A stretch of 54,874 nucleotides of DNA from Spirogloea muscicola (Eukaryota): the NCBI GenBank assembly GCA_009602725.1, contig WELB01000001.1, forward strand, positions 736,992-791,865. Direction: 5' to 3'. Positions 40,975 to 53,379 of the stretch are shown here, piece by piece. The translations under genes and the position numbers were made by a program. Within the stretch, counting starts at the first letter, position 1; each line of letters starts with the position of its first letter. Under the pieces are notes generated by a model. It made no database searches. It was not told the origin of the DNA and was given only the letters and a program-made list of their open reading frames with translations.

Positions 40975-41470
40975 GAGAAGAAAGAAGAAACAGCTCCGGT
41001 GTAAGGCAATGGCTGTGAGAAATTTATCTACAGGGGGCGAGGGCTGTAAAACGCCAGCCCAAAAAGCATGGACAAGATCCAAAGGGGCCGGAAAGCGTGA
41101 AACACACAACTAAGCAAGCACCACGGTAGGAAGGTCACTTCGTAACCTTCAGAAGCAATCGTCTGAATGCAGTCCCTTAAAAATAGCCAGAGGCGGCAGC
41201 TAGAGCACGGCCAGGTCGCAGGCGCAAGGCATGGGCCAAAGACCGCTGGAGGGAAATGGACAGGAGCATACGAAACACCTGCGCTAGCGAGTCAGTGGCG
41301 TTGAAGTCAGCCTACTCGCCCCGCCTGCGGGACACAACGTGGCGCGCAAGCCTGGTCAAAAGGTCCAGTCACTAAGACTCGTAAGCACCGTGCACATCAA
41401 TGACCAGTGGGCCGAAATCATTACCCTTCCGGATGAGAGAGGCCAGCCCAAAGGAGCGTACAAGGTCTAG
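40975..41470 (-). mobile_element. CRE-like family C 3' fragment, tail-to-tail with the preceding copy
   Basis: The reverse complement encodes 'SLAQVFRMLLSISLQRSLAHALRLRPGRALAAASG' followed by the hairpin 3' UTR. Confidence 0.8.
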
Positions 41471-41749
41471 AAAGTAAACAGCTATGTCATTGTAAGGCAA
41501 GAAAGGAGCGGCACTACAAAACAACCTCAGGGAGACCACTTTCAGCCGTGCTATACGAACAAGTACAAAGTAAGGCGCTCCAGATTACTCTGGCAGAGAT
41601 ATATGTGCTCACTCATGGGTACTAGAGTCCCCCTCAGGTGTGTTATTTTGTATGGATGTGCTCATGCAAATATCTTGAACGTTGTGTGACTGTTGAAATG
41701 GGTTCAGCTGGCAGGACAATCAGTACACCTAACTGTGTAATACTTAAGA

Positions 41750-42010
41750 AGAGAGAAGGCGCGCGGAGCGCATGAAATGAAAGGGAGGCCAATGCAAGCC
41801 AACACAGTCTTCAGGCAGAGTCTAGTGCAAACTAAATAAGGCTACATAATACGGAGACCTCAACGAAGGTGCTAAAGGTAACGGGGTGACATTAGTACCC
41901 AGGGGTGAGCACAAACACATCCGACAAGCTAACTTGGGGAGCGCGGCCACGAAAGCCGGAGGCCTGGCTTGGAGCGCGCCCTGCACGTTGATGAAGAGCC
42001 AATGCTTGCC
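41750..42010 (-). mobile_element. CRE-like family B 3' end
   Basis: The reverse complement has the GTGCTCACCCCTGGGTAC C-terminal remnant and the terminal motif TTCATGCGCTCCGCGCGCCTTCT. Confidence 0.7.
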
Positions 42011-42039
42011 AGCGCTGCAAACTAAGCGAAAGAAGAAGC

Positions 42040-43060
42040 GATCATGAGCACAACTATCTGAGGCGCAGTTTCTTCTTTACGCCCTCGCCCTCATTGCCTT
42101 CTCCTCAAGGACCGGTGAAAACAAGCAAAAATAGTGAGGCAGCCTCATGCAGCCCCTAATCTACAAGGTGGTTGGCAATGTTAGAGGGCGAGGTCCGAAG
42201 GCCAGGGGCTTCAATTCCGTCTAGTCATCCTAGTGAAGCCCATGCCGGCAAACTCGAACATACCTTCTTGCCGCGCCCAGCCATGACAGCTGCGGGGTGG
42301 CAAAAGCCGAAGCCTGAGTCTCACAACGTATGCTCGATTGAGGAGGTCGAGTGAAGTATGGTTCCAGTGCAGGCGCTGCGGCATACACACCTCTCACTTC
42401 GTTGAGCACCCTTCCTAAAGACTTGGTGCTTTCTTGCATGCGTTCTGAGCTTTGAGCATCCCAGCAAGCAAAGGCATGACGCATTGTTTCAAGGGTTGGT
42501 AGAGGTTGAGCTTGGGCTACATGGTGCATGCTAACTGCATTCCCAGTATTTGATATTGCAGACACCTGTACCAACTGGTTGTAAGTCTAATAAGCACGGG
42601 GTGCAATGCCCTCGTTATTCGAGGCCAACAATTGGTGCAGCAGCCCAGCCAATAGCTTCAGAGTGGCCCTGCCTGCGTCGCCCTGCATTAACCTAATCAA
42701 ACAAGCCAGCGGCGCCAACCAAAGTGCGAGCAAGGACCCTGCATACCATCACCCCAGATCTAGCTACTTGGTATCTTGCTTCAGTAGTCCCCAAGGACAG
42801 CATATCTGCGCAGCATCTTGTGTGACATCTCCTGCACATTGAGAACGGCAGAACGACATTGCCACGCGTTGTGTTTCACGGTTAAGAGCGCCATGCACGT
42901 GCATTATGCATTCAATGCATAATGCATTATGCAAAGCAATCCCAGTGGATATGGAAGGCTCACTTCTTTGATCTTGCTATGATACTCCCCGCTGCGCCCA
43001 CTCTTGAGCCCCTCAATGTGTGGGTTATGGTGGGCGACCCTGTTGTTGTGCCTGACCAAT
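42040..43060 (+). pseudogene. Decayed partial duplicate of the hypothetical gene (34410-35420), intron retained
   Basis: Collinear matches include catgagc..ctgaggcgca, ccagtgcaggcgctgcggca, tattgcagac.cctgtaccaac, cgcagcatcttgtgtg and ccactcttgagcccctcaa. The 5' part is missing and stops are present. Confidence 0.8.
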
Positions 43061-43622
43061 TTTTTTTTGCACAAGAGCCCAAGACTCAAGCACCACAAAT
43101 TAAGTAAATCAATTTGGCATGAAATTGCTAGCACCTACCTGTTGAGTGCATCTCTCGACATGCCTCTATGTGCAGGAAAGGGGTTCTTGTCCAAGGGGCC
43201 GAGGGCTGTGAAGAGCCAGCCCAGAAAAGTCTTCAGACCTTGTCCATTCCTTTGGGCTGGCCAGCCACCAGTTAATCTGGCCGCGCTTGCCCAGAATAAT
43301 TGGACAAGGTCCAAAACCCGATCCGTCGAGTGTGCAAGGTCTCAACTGCACGGTAGCACCCTGCCTCACCACGGTCCCAGTACCCAGATACGGGTCACTA
43401 TCTCTGACGGCGCCGTTAGCTCCAAGTATCAGTCACGTGCCTCGTCGTTTCGCCACGGCGCCTCCATACAACCTCTAGGCCGCCTCGCGCTCGCCGCCTC
43501 CGCTGCCGCCGCCGCCGCCGCCGCCGTCGCCGCCGCCCNCGCCGCCGCCCCGCCACCGCCGCCGCCGCCTCCCTGCCGTCGTCGCTGCTGCCGTTGACGC
43601 GGCTGGGTCCGGTACCGCCGCC

Positions 43623-46600
43623 ATGGCGACCGCCTCTGGTACGCAGCTCCGCCTCTGAGCCTTCGTGCGCATCTGGCAGGGCCATGCCTGCTGCCGTCGC
43701 AACTTGCGACTGGTTGCTCCGTCTCTGCGGCATGCGCTACGTGCGCGCACCGCGCGTCTCCGGGACACTTCGGCACTTGCGCTAACGCTCCGCTTGCTCC
43801 TTTGCTATGACGCCTCGTGCAGCGTCGTTCAAGTCGCGAGAGGACCATCGCAAGCAGATTGAGCTCGAAGAGGCCCGGAAGGCCGGCCTCGCTCCCGCGG
43901 AGCTCGACGAAGATGGAAAGGAGATCAATCCGCATATTCCCCAGTATATGTCCTCGGCACCCTGGTACCTCAACGCCGAGCGACCAGTAAGTCCATCATG
44001 CCAGAGCTTTAGGTTGCTAGGTCGCAGAGGACCAGGTTGCTAGTCACGATGTACTCAGTAGTATAGCAAGCTTTCGTAAACGGGTAAGCAATTGTCAACT
44101 CTCAACCTCTGTGCAACAGAGTTTGAAGCATCAGAGGAATTGGAAGCAAGACCCCAACTACACCAAAGAGTGGTACGACCGAGGCGCCAAGACTTTTCAG
44201 GCCAACAAGTACCGGAAGGGCGCCTGTGAGAAGTAAGGATCTTCTTTGTCCTAGTGCAGTGCGGCAATCACAAGACCTCTCAAGCTTTCCTTCTTGTAGC
44301 TTCGTCATGCTAACATAGACAGTAAACATTGTAAGGTCTCTCCATAGCAGGTCCCAAGCAGGAGTCACGTTATAAGTCTCCCGCATGTCACCTTACTCTT
44401 GTCTTTCTTGGCATATACCAGCTGCGGCGCCATGACACACGATGTGAAGGGTTGCATGGAGAGGCCACGGAAGTTGGGTGCGAAGCACACCAACAAGCAC
44501 ATCGCCCCTGATGAGAAGGTTGAGCAATTTGAGCTCAATTTTGAGGGAAAGAGAGATAGATGGAATGGGTACGACGCAGCAGCATATTCCAGAGTCATTG
44601 ACTCGTATGAACTACGAGATGAGGCCCGGCAGAAGTATCAAAAGGAACAGCAGCTGAAGAAGCTCACTGAGAAGGTGAGTGTGCCTATACGAGACTGGCT
44701 ATGTATTTGTGGACAATCTGCAATATGGCTCTTGTCTCCAAGACCTTGTCTTTACTTCACTTGCTCCTGTCAAGCATGCACATGCAAGCGTGCTTGCTTT
44801 TCAAAGGGCCCCGATCAGATTCTTATAGCTGGAGTACACGTCAGACATAAGAATGGCTAATGCTTGCTTAATTGGCACATTTGAGACTTGCAACAGGCTT
44901 TTCCCTTAGGCCGCCTGAGAAGTTGTTCCAAACCTATCTACTTGGTGACACGGTGCACATTATTCCAGCTGCTGAAGCTCTCCAGCTCTGATTTATTAAA
45001 CACAAGCTGCACCTTCTGACTTGTAGGGTGCAGCAAAGGAAGGCGAGGAAGGCGACGATGAAGGACTTGGGGAGATCACTGAGGAGGATGAGGCCAAGGT
45101 GGATGAGAGTGAGCAGATGGATTTTGCCAAGGTAGAGAAGCGTGTGCGTACTACAGGTGGTGGAAGCACAGGAACTGTGAGGTGAGCCAGTTTGATACGT
45201 CTAAGTGGCTCAACTGAGGGAAAGAGATTGTGCTGCTTGATGACGAGGACAAGGTCTTGTTATACATTCTTTGACAATGGTATTTTGGCATAGACGTGTG
45301 CAAATGCACAGAGTCCCAAGTCATGTGGACGAGATATCTGCAAGATGCTCAACTCACACACTGCTGCACTACTTTGTGCTTTTAGAAACCTGCGTATTCG
45401 CGAGGACACAGCCAAGTATCTCCTCAATCTGGATGTCAATTCAGCTTACTATGACCCCAAAACACGCTCAATGCGGGAGGATCCCAATCCTGGCAGCGAC
45501 GCCAATGATCGTTTCTACATGGTATGCACGGCTCCTCATGTCACGATTCTCGTATTCCGAAGGGGGTTGGAGGCTAAGCAAACTTCCAGATCACAAGTCG
45601 TTCAAGGTGGTTCAAGCAGTGGCTGAAGAGCCAATATTGTCAACCTAAACACTGACAAAGCTTTTGCAGCAGCTAGTGACCAACAGCTTTCCGCTGAGAG
45701 CTTTTAACTTGAGGTTCTTTCCATATTTTACAGGGTGACAATCAGAATAGGCTGAATGGACAAGCCAGCGAGCACCGGCAGCTTAACATCCACGCTTGGG
45801 AAGCCTTTGAGAAGGGGCAAGATGTACACCTGCAGGCAGCTCCCTCGCAGGTGAGCTCTTGCTAGTAGTTCCACATTGCTGTCTGAAGCCAAGTCCAAGG
45901 GATCAAAGTGGTCATGTGTCAGGCCTTGAAGCTGTCAAGTGTTATCTGTTTGCTTTTGGGCCTTGAGAGGTTGTTTAGGTCTTGAAGTGGTGATGGTTTT
46001 CTCCCCAGTGACTCCTCACCGACAATTGCACTCGATGGAAGCACTGAGCTGAACCACTAATATCATTGCAGGCGGAGCTCCTGCACCGCGAGTTCAAGGT
46101 CAAGAAGGAGTCGCTGAAACACAATATCAAGGACAGCATCATGGAGAAGTATGGGAATGCCGCCTCCACTGAGAAATTGCCAGAAGAACTTCTCCTGGGC
46201 CAGACTGAAAGGATTGTGGAGTACGACCGCGCTGGTCGGGTTGTCAAGGGGCAGGTGCATAACCCTTTCTTCCCTGAGGCTTCATTGGTGTCGTCACCAC
46301 GCTGTATGACAGCGAATGTATTTGCAATGCGTTGGGTTCACATGCAGATATGATGCATCCCTACTTCTCAGCAGCTACGTAGAAGTTAGGGGGATTGAAT
46401 ATGATGTGGCCATTGACAAGGAGCTGTTGAATGACCAACCATGGATCTTCTGGCTTTTGGATGGCAGGACAAGGCTATTGCAAGGAGCAAATATGAGGAG
46501 GATGTATACATCAATAATCACACCACAGTGTGGGGTTCATGGTGGAAGGACGGCCAGTGGGGCTTTCGCTGCTGCAAACAGGTTACCCGCCAAAGCTACT

Positions 46601-47799
46601 GTACAGGCCAGGCTGGCATTGATGCTGCTGAAGCATCTGCAGACCTCCTGCGCTCCAATATTGAGCGCAAGGAGGCTGTAGGAGGTAAGCACTGTTTGCT
46701 TACATGTCTTCTCTGATGTTTGCATCTTGCCTAGGTCTAGCCACTGTGCTTGTTAGGTCTCCCGTCTTGATCTGCAGCAACTCTATGCTCTGCCTTTTGT
46801 AATGCAAGATGCCCTGTGCTACTAAACTGCAACAATAAGGGCCATCATGCTATTGCCTTTAGAACCTGTCCACTATGATTGATGGATATTGTTACTTTGT
46901 GTGCATTGCCATGAATATCTGATGTCACACACATGTCAGGGTTTCCTGCACTCGTGAGGCACATGCACAGTATAACTTATTAAACTACAGGACTGACTGG
47001 TTGACTTGGTCCTATTTACATGTCATCAGATGTAAAATTTGTGAATGAGGACAGGAATCCTGCCAGCTGGGGGACTGATACTCCGGACGACTTGGTGCTT
47101 GACAAGAAGAAGCTCAAGGAGGCCCTCAAGAAGGTCAGTATGAGGCAGCAAGTCATGTATGATGCTTTTGTATTATTAGATTGTTGGCCACATCTTGTTC
47201 TCCTATTAGGGTTCTTTCTACTTTGCATGACCTTGAGCTGCATGGCGCTGTGAGAGACCATTGCTGTGATCATCTTCACTCCTGGCTTCACATGCATGGA
47301 GTACACAGCAACTTCAGCAACGGGTGGGTCTGTTAGGACCAATAAGGGATGAGCATGTTGCTCAGGAGAGGCCTGCTGACTATGGTGCTCACGTCTTACA
47401 GGAAGCAGAGAGGTCCAATGAGGAGAAGGATGAGAGAAAACGAAAGTACAATGTGACATACAGTAACGAGGTATATAGTGAAGCACCTGCTGCGAGTTGG
47501 ACTGTCCTCGTGTGTTCTCACAAGTTTTCAAGCCATCTCTATTTTGAGGGATTGTGCAGCTGGTGTTAGAGTGCATCGCTCTGTTCATTTTGCTGTCAGG
47601 TTCTAGTACATTAAGCCGTACATCATGGGAGTCGTAGATGTGGTTTATTTTGCACATGTCGTTGGAATGGGGGTGAGCTGGGGTCTATTCTTGCTGGTGG
47701 TTGCAGGTCAGTGCCGAGGAGATGGAGGCGTATCGGCTTAAAAAGTCACATTTCGACGATCCGATGAGAGATTTTATTGGCAATGATAACATCGACTAG
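43623..47799 (+). CDS. SLU7: Pre-mRNA-splicing factor SLU7, multi-exon
   Basis: [55 protein letters not shown], zinc knuckle [68 protein letters not shown]...WGFRCC, and C-terminal [17 protein letters not shown]. Confidence 0.96.
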
Positions 47800-48999
47800 G
47801 AGTCCTTCCACAGATTGTTACATTGGCGAATTGTAGGCACAGCACTTTCAGAGCCACTCTGCACAGTCTCCAGACTTTGTCAAGCTTAAGGTGGGCAACG
47901 GGTTTAGTCAAGGGCTAGCCATTGCCGTGCTAGTACAAGTCTGATAGCATACACGTGGTGGTGTAAGGACTGGGGCAGAGCACATGCTTACACACGTTTC
48001 AAGGCCTCCACTGCCTTGCATATGCAGTGCTGCCCAGGCACACGTCTGGGCCTGGTCTCGAAGGCCAGCAGCTCTCCTTCCTGACAGCTCAGCAGGCATC
48101 CAACAGGGTAGCCTGCCATATGTCACTGCCAAGCATCTTATGTAGCTGTACGAGCACTGTGATTGATAAGGAGCAACGTTGAGCTGTCCCTTTGGCAAGG
48201 GCATATGTAATTCGTCAGACGTGTGGAGGAAGAGACAACCTGACTGTTAAGTGTTGCACACGAATGTGCCAACTCTTCCTTTACACCAAGTTGCACTGCG
48301 AACTTGAGGAGCCGTATCTTTTCCTCGACGGGATCATGGGGTGAGTAAACAGCAGCAAGATCCTACTTTGTCGCACTGCTTTTTGGTATGGACATGCCAT
48401 CCTTGTGTAAGTTCTCCAAGGGACTGGACTGCTCTTCCAAGGAGAGTGTTGGAAGGCTTTGTGCTATGCTGAAAGTGTATCAGAAAGATTGCGAGACTGG
48501 CAACATGCTTGCACTCTTGAGACCATGCAAGTGGTGCAAGTCAGGTGGCGGGTGCTTAGTCAGGCTTCGCAAGCTCGTCATTATTCAGCTGACGTTGGTG
48601 GGAAGTAGGCTAGGACAATGCCTAACGATGATCAACCTCCGCAGCCATGTGAATTTTGCAATGGATGCTGCCATGGCAATTACAATAAATGCTGCCAAGT
48701 GTCATTAAGCAGGGATTACATGCAACCGTGAGAATGATCATTGATAGCAACAAGTTCTACTACGCTCAGAATTTGTAACGTAGTAATAAGGTGAGCTAGT
48801 GGGCCTGGTTGGGTAGCCATTAACCCGTCCTACTGGGCCGTGAGAGCCTCCCTGGATAGTGAGGCACCGGCACATCCGGCAGGGAGTTGGGGTGATCCTG
48901 CCGCTTTCTACGCCCTAGCTATGGCTGCCACCCACTAAGGGTGCGGCTCTGTGTGCGGCCTGGAGGAGCTTAGTGCTCGCCGGCTGTGTGTGCAGCCAG

Positions 49000-49765
49000 G
49001 CGGAGAGTTGTGCTCGCCGCCTCTGTATGCGGCCAGGAGTAACTTTGTGCTACTCTGGACTTTGTGTACTACCAGACTAAGCTCTGTGTCTTCCTATGAG
49101 CGGATCTGCGTCTGTACCGCCGAGACGAGGGTGGTCTGCTGGTCCTCCAGACGAGGGCAGTAGTGCAGCGGCATGCTTACCACCCTACCCCTCATCTACC
49201 GGCAAGGTGCCAGACCCCCCCACTAGGCATGGTGGTGCTTGGAGTCCTCCTGGGCGGGCCAGCACATGTGGCGCTGGTGGTGCAGTCCACCCTCGAGTGG
49301 CAGTTTCAGACCCTCTCAGCCCTCCCTACACTGCATGACTCCCAGCTGGCCGTTGCAATGCTAACCCGGTGCGTGGCCCCAACGCCCAACCTACCTGCAG
49401 CGGGCCGATCCACGCACCACTGCACTGGACAACATCTACACAGCTGCGGACGTCCACTTTCTATAAGTCCTGCACGGCCTGCTGGACCGCCTGGCACTCC
49501 CTACACCGCCGGCCGCCCTACTCCAGCTGACGCTCCCCATTGCGCCATAGACATGTACGGCTGCTACAGAACGAAGTGGTCTTCCCTCCTCCATCACCTG
49601 GCTCTGCATGTCGATGCCCGCCGATGTAGTCGGGCGGGTAGCTTAGGGCATTCGAGCGTCCCGCAACCCACCGATTGTGTCCCCCTTAGCTAGCTCATCA
49701 CCCCGTAACAGGACATTTGTAAAGCTAGAATTGGCCTTGTCATGCCCACCGCGCGCCTTCTCCCC
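49000..49765 (+). mobile_element. Internally deleted CRE-like family B remnant (RT C-terminal part plus RLE end and 3' UTR)
   Basis: 'GMVVLGVLLGGPAHV...AMLTRCVAP' resembles the RT palm/thumb region. 'CAIDMYGCYRTKWSSLLHHLALHVDARRCSRAGSLGHSSVPQ' and the 3' UTR match 12330-12730. Confidence 0.75.
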
Positions 49766-49884
49766 ACAAGGGCGGTCTGGATGCCGCCCGCTGGCTCGCC
49801 TGGCCCGCGCAGCACACCTGGGGTATCTGCAGCAAGTTGTGGACGTAATATGCAACTGACACCATTGCTCTGCTTTTTGTGTAA

Positions 49885-51169
49885 TCGGACATGAAGTTTG
49901 TTGTGGGGCCATCTGGAAGGAGGATCTTTGCCCACCGAGTGGTGCTGGTCTGCACCTGCGCGTACTTCCAGGAAATTTCAGCTGATGACAAAGTCAGCAT
50001 GGAGGTTGTGAGATTGCCTTCTGTAAATCCAGAGGTCATTCTTGCTCTTTTACAGTATCTATACCGAGGAACTCTGAAGGTATGTCAGCTTTCACAAGGT
50101 TCGTGTGGAGAGTACGCAGAATCTCTTAGGCAATCAAGAGAGCGGCAAACAGGTTCTGCAAACAGATTCTATGTGTGAGCGGCACAGTGGTCATTGCAAG
50201 TGAACCCCGACAACATAATGTCAGGCCTATGCATGTCAGGTGCACAAGGAACGCTTAGAAGAGCTGCGGGAGCTTGCTGAGGAATTTGGAGTACCAACGT
50301 TGGTCCAACAATGTGAAGAGCATCTTTCTTCCGCTTCTCCTGCAGGCGGCCAGAGCAGACGTGGTGAGTCTGGCCTACCAGATGAAAAGTTGCTTCTGCT
50401 TCTCATTGTCAATGACTTCGTCCACCTTATGCTGCTAAAGTATATCTTCGGCTTGGTGCGTTTGGCATGACAGGTGACACAGGTGCTTTGGCTTTGGACA
50501 GAGCTCCTATTGATTTGGCATATGTGACAACCACAAGCAATACTGATAGCCTGGATCAAATGGCACGCATCCCCGTGGACACCCGCAAATTGCAGGAGCT
50601 CCAAAGATTAGGCCATTATTGTGATGTGTCCCTCTCTCTTGATGGTGGTATGTTTGTAAGCCGAGTCCACAGCGTGGTGCTGAGTGCCTGGAGCCCCGCC
50701 TTTGCGAGGGTAAGGCCCTGCTTGACATTAGACATGGAGAGCCTTGGCTGCAAAGATTGCCAGAAAAACAGCGAGCAATGGTGCAATTCTCATTTTTGGT
50801 GTGATTGGTCTGTCAAGTGCTGGTTGCCTATGATGTGTTTGCTCACCACAGTCAGCCTAAATAGGAAAAATGCGACCAACGCAAAGTGCTTAGCACTTGC
50901 GAAGTGCTAAGCATCTGCAAGCATCATGTGCGTTGCAGATGCTTGCAAATGGCATGCAGGAGAGCAGAACCAAGGTTATTCATCTCTCCGATGCATCACC
51001 AGAGGCAGTCGTGACAATGCTTCACTTCTTATACAGTGGAAGTTTGCCAGACATGGGAGGCAGCAACAGTGAGGCTGTTCTGCTGTCTGTGCTATCACTA
51101 GCCCACTGCTTCCTGGTGTGGCCTTTACAGCACGCTTGCTGCAACCTACTACTAAAGTATGTGACTCAG
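49885..51169 (+). pseudogene. Tandem BTB/POZ-domain gene segment (At2g30600-like central region), apparently truncated
   Basis: Four in-frame exons 49885/49891-50079, 50240-50363, 50474-50709 and 50939-51169 encode two BTB domains (SDMKFVV..AHRVVL..LQYLYRG; CDVSL..VHSVVLSAWSPAFARMLANGMQES..LHFLYSG). There is an in-frame TAA at 49882-49884, and no upstream or downstream exons were recognised. It could instead be a short live gene or continue beyond the window. Confidence 0.65.
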
Positions 51170-51649
51170 GTGTGGAATGTGGCTCATGATTCCATACCCA
51201 GAGTGCTTGAGAAACGCCTCATTGTAAGCAAGGCAATCAAACCAAGCGCTTCATACCATGGCAGCATATCACACATGCTGAGCAAATCCATACTTTGGTT
51301 CCCTTGTATTGTATTGTGTGAAAATAAACCAAGCAGGTTCGAGCAAGAAGGTGACGTGCAGTTCGCTAGAGGGACTGCGAAGCAACTGGTGGCACTGTGC
51401 AAAGCCCTGTACCTGCAGCTCAAGAGGTCCTCCACAGTGTCCAAACGCTTCATCAGGAGGGGCCAAACAGTATCAGCTCCGGTAATAGCTTGGAGTGGCA
51501 AGTGGGACCCTGCCCGGCGCTTCCTTGCGACAGGGGGATACTTCTCCGGCAGCTAGTCTGTCGGATCTGAAGCTCCTCACTCGTCACTACTGAGTGATCC
51601 ATCTTCCCCCTGCTCTACCATAGCCTCTTCAGTCCCCTTTGTAGCTGCT

Positions 51650-52985
51650 CCACGCTTTTTCGGCCCCTTCGAACCTTTGTCAATTCTTTTTGGGCTGGCT
51701 TTTCGCAGCCCTTGCCCCCATTGGGAGTGCCACTTCTTCCTTGCGCCATTTCTTCTCCGGCCAGACCTTGTCCACTTTATTTGGGGCTGGCCTCTCACAC
51801 CCACCAGTCGATTTGGAAGCGCTGTTCTCTTCAAATTATCCCTCTCCGACGTTCGCAGACCTCCTCCGCTTTTCCCATCACTCGCAACAGATCAGGTCGA
51901 TCCGCGGCGTGGGCGGGAAGCTCTGACCCTTCTCACCTGAAGGGACAAGCCCGTTTCACAAGCGCCTCCAATGAGCATGCCACGAGCTTCTTCAAAGCAC
52001 TGCTCAAGGAGAATGGGCGTGGGCTTCTCGTCTTCACTCACGTCGTTCACTGAGTAGACTCTACGGGAGCATTGAGTGGCTCAACGCTCTGCCAAGTATA
52101 CGAGTCCCATCGACAGTTTACGAGTCCCATCGACTCTCCGACGACCTCTTCCGGACGGCCGTCCACTGTCACTTCCTTCCCCGTCCTTTGCTTGGCTGGC
52201 ATCCGACAGTGTGAAGTGGCCGTCGTTCGGAAGACGAGATCTCCTTGGCGGCTCACATGCTTGGATGTATTGAGGGAGGTGAACGCAATGCCTTCCACAA
52301 CCTTCTGAGAGACGCTATGTATGGCTTGTGCGCGAGGCAGTTTACCATCCGGCCATGGAGGTGCCACCCCGGGCATCATGCCGGCCCTTTAGGAGTGGGC
52401 AAAGCTTACATCAGGCGTCTGGATGTGATTGCCACCCCACAGTGCGGTGGACCTCGTCTCCTCTCAACGTCGTCCTTACTGACGCGTTCCAACCAGGCAC
52501 CCACCTCGACTCCGCCAGGTTGGGCGACTAATCACGCGGAGAAGAGGCAGGAGCGCACATCATAAGGACCACACCGGAGCGACCAATTCTTCCCGTGCAC
52601 GATGGACATTTATGGCGGTCATAGTATGCAGTGGTCTTTTCTCCCCCATCGCCTGGCACAGTTTGTCAATGTCCACCGACGTGGTCGGGCGGGTAGTTTA
52701 GGCTATACTAGCGTCCCGCAAGCAATAGTTGCTTGCTACAGAATGCAGCTTACGTTGAGGCTGCAGCGCTCCCAGGCACTCGCGATATACTAGTGTTGGG
52801 CGCGCACTAGGCCAGGCTACTGGCTTGCGGGGTGGTGCTCTGGCTCCCTCCGCGTAGCTTGTCGGATATGTATGTGCACACTCTTGGGTACTAGAGACCG
52901 CCGTAATACCCCGTTACCAGGACTTCGTAAGGCTCGGATTGGCCTCCCTCTCGTTCATGCGCATCGTGCACCTTGCTTCCTCCCC
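51650..52985 (+). mobile_element. Hairpin repeats followed by a frameshifted CRE-like family B fragment (CCHC-RLE-3' UTR)
   Basis: 'AAHMLGCIEGGERNAFHNLLRDA', 'RRLDVIATP', 'FFPCTMDIYGG', 'YRMQLTLRLQRSQALA' and the family B 3' UTR. Confidence 0.82.
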
Positions 52986-53379
52986 GTCATGTACACACTC
53001 TGCAGGCACCTGGCTGACTTTCACAGCCGCTCGTTTTATAGCAGCAGCCGCATTCTTCCCTCGCCCCTCTCATCAACTCCTCCTCCCCCTCCCCTAACCT
53101 CTCCCCGTCTGGCCCACTCGCTCCCTCGGCTCACCCCCGCTCCCCTCCCCCTCTCTTCCCCTCGCCCGCTCCCTCTCTCTCCCCACTTGTCCACTCTTTG
53201 CACTATCTTCTGCCTGAACACTGTATTGGCTTGGGTTGGCCACCCTTCAGTTCATGCGCACCGCAGCCGTCTCTCCTTACTTTCACGCCCTCTTCCTGCC
53301 CTCTGCCGGAAACTAGTTGCTGTGACCTGCGGTTGCTCAACATGGGTTATTGAGTGCCTAGTTGCCACTTGCGACGCTG

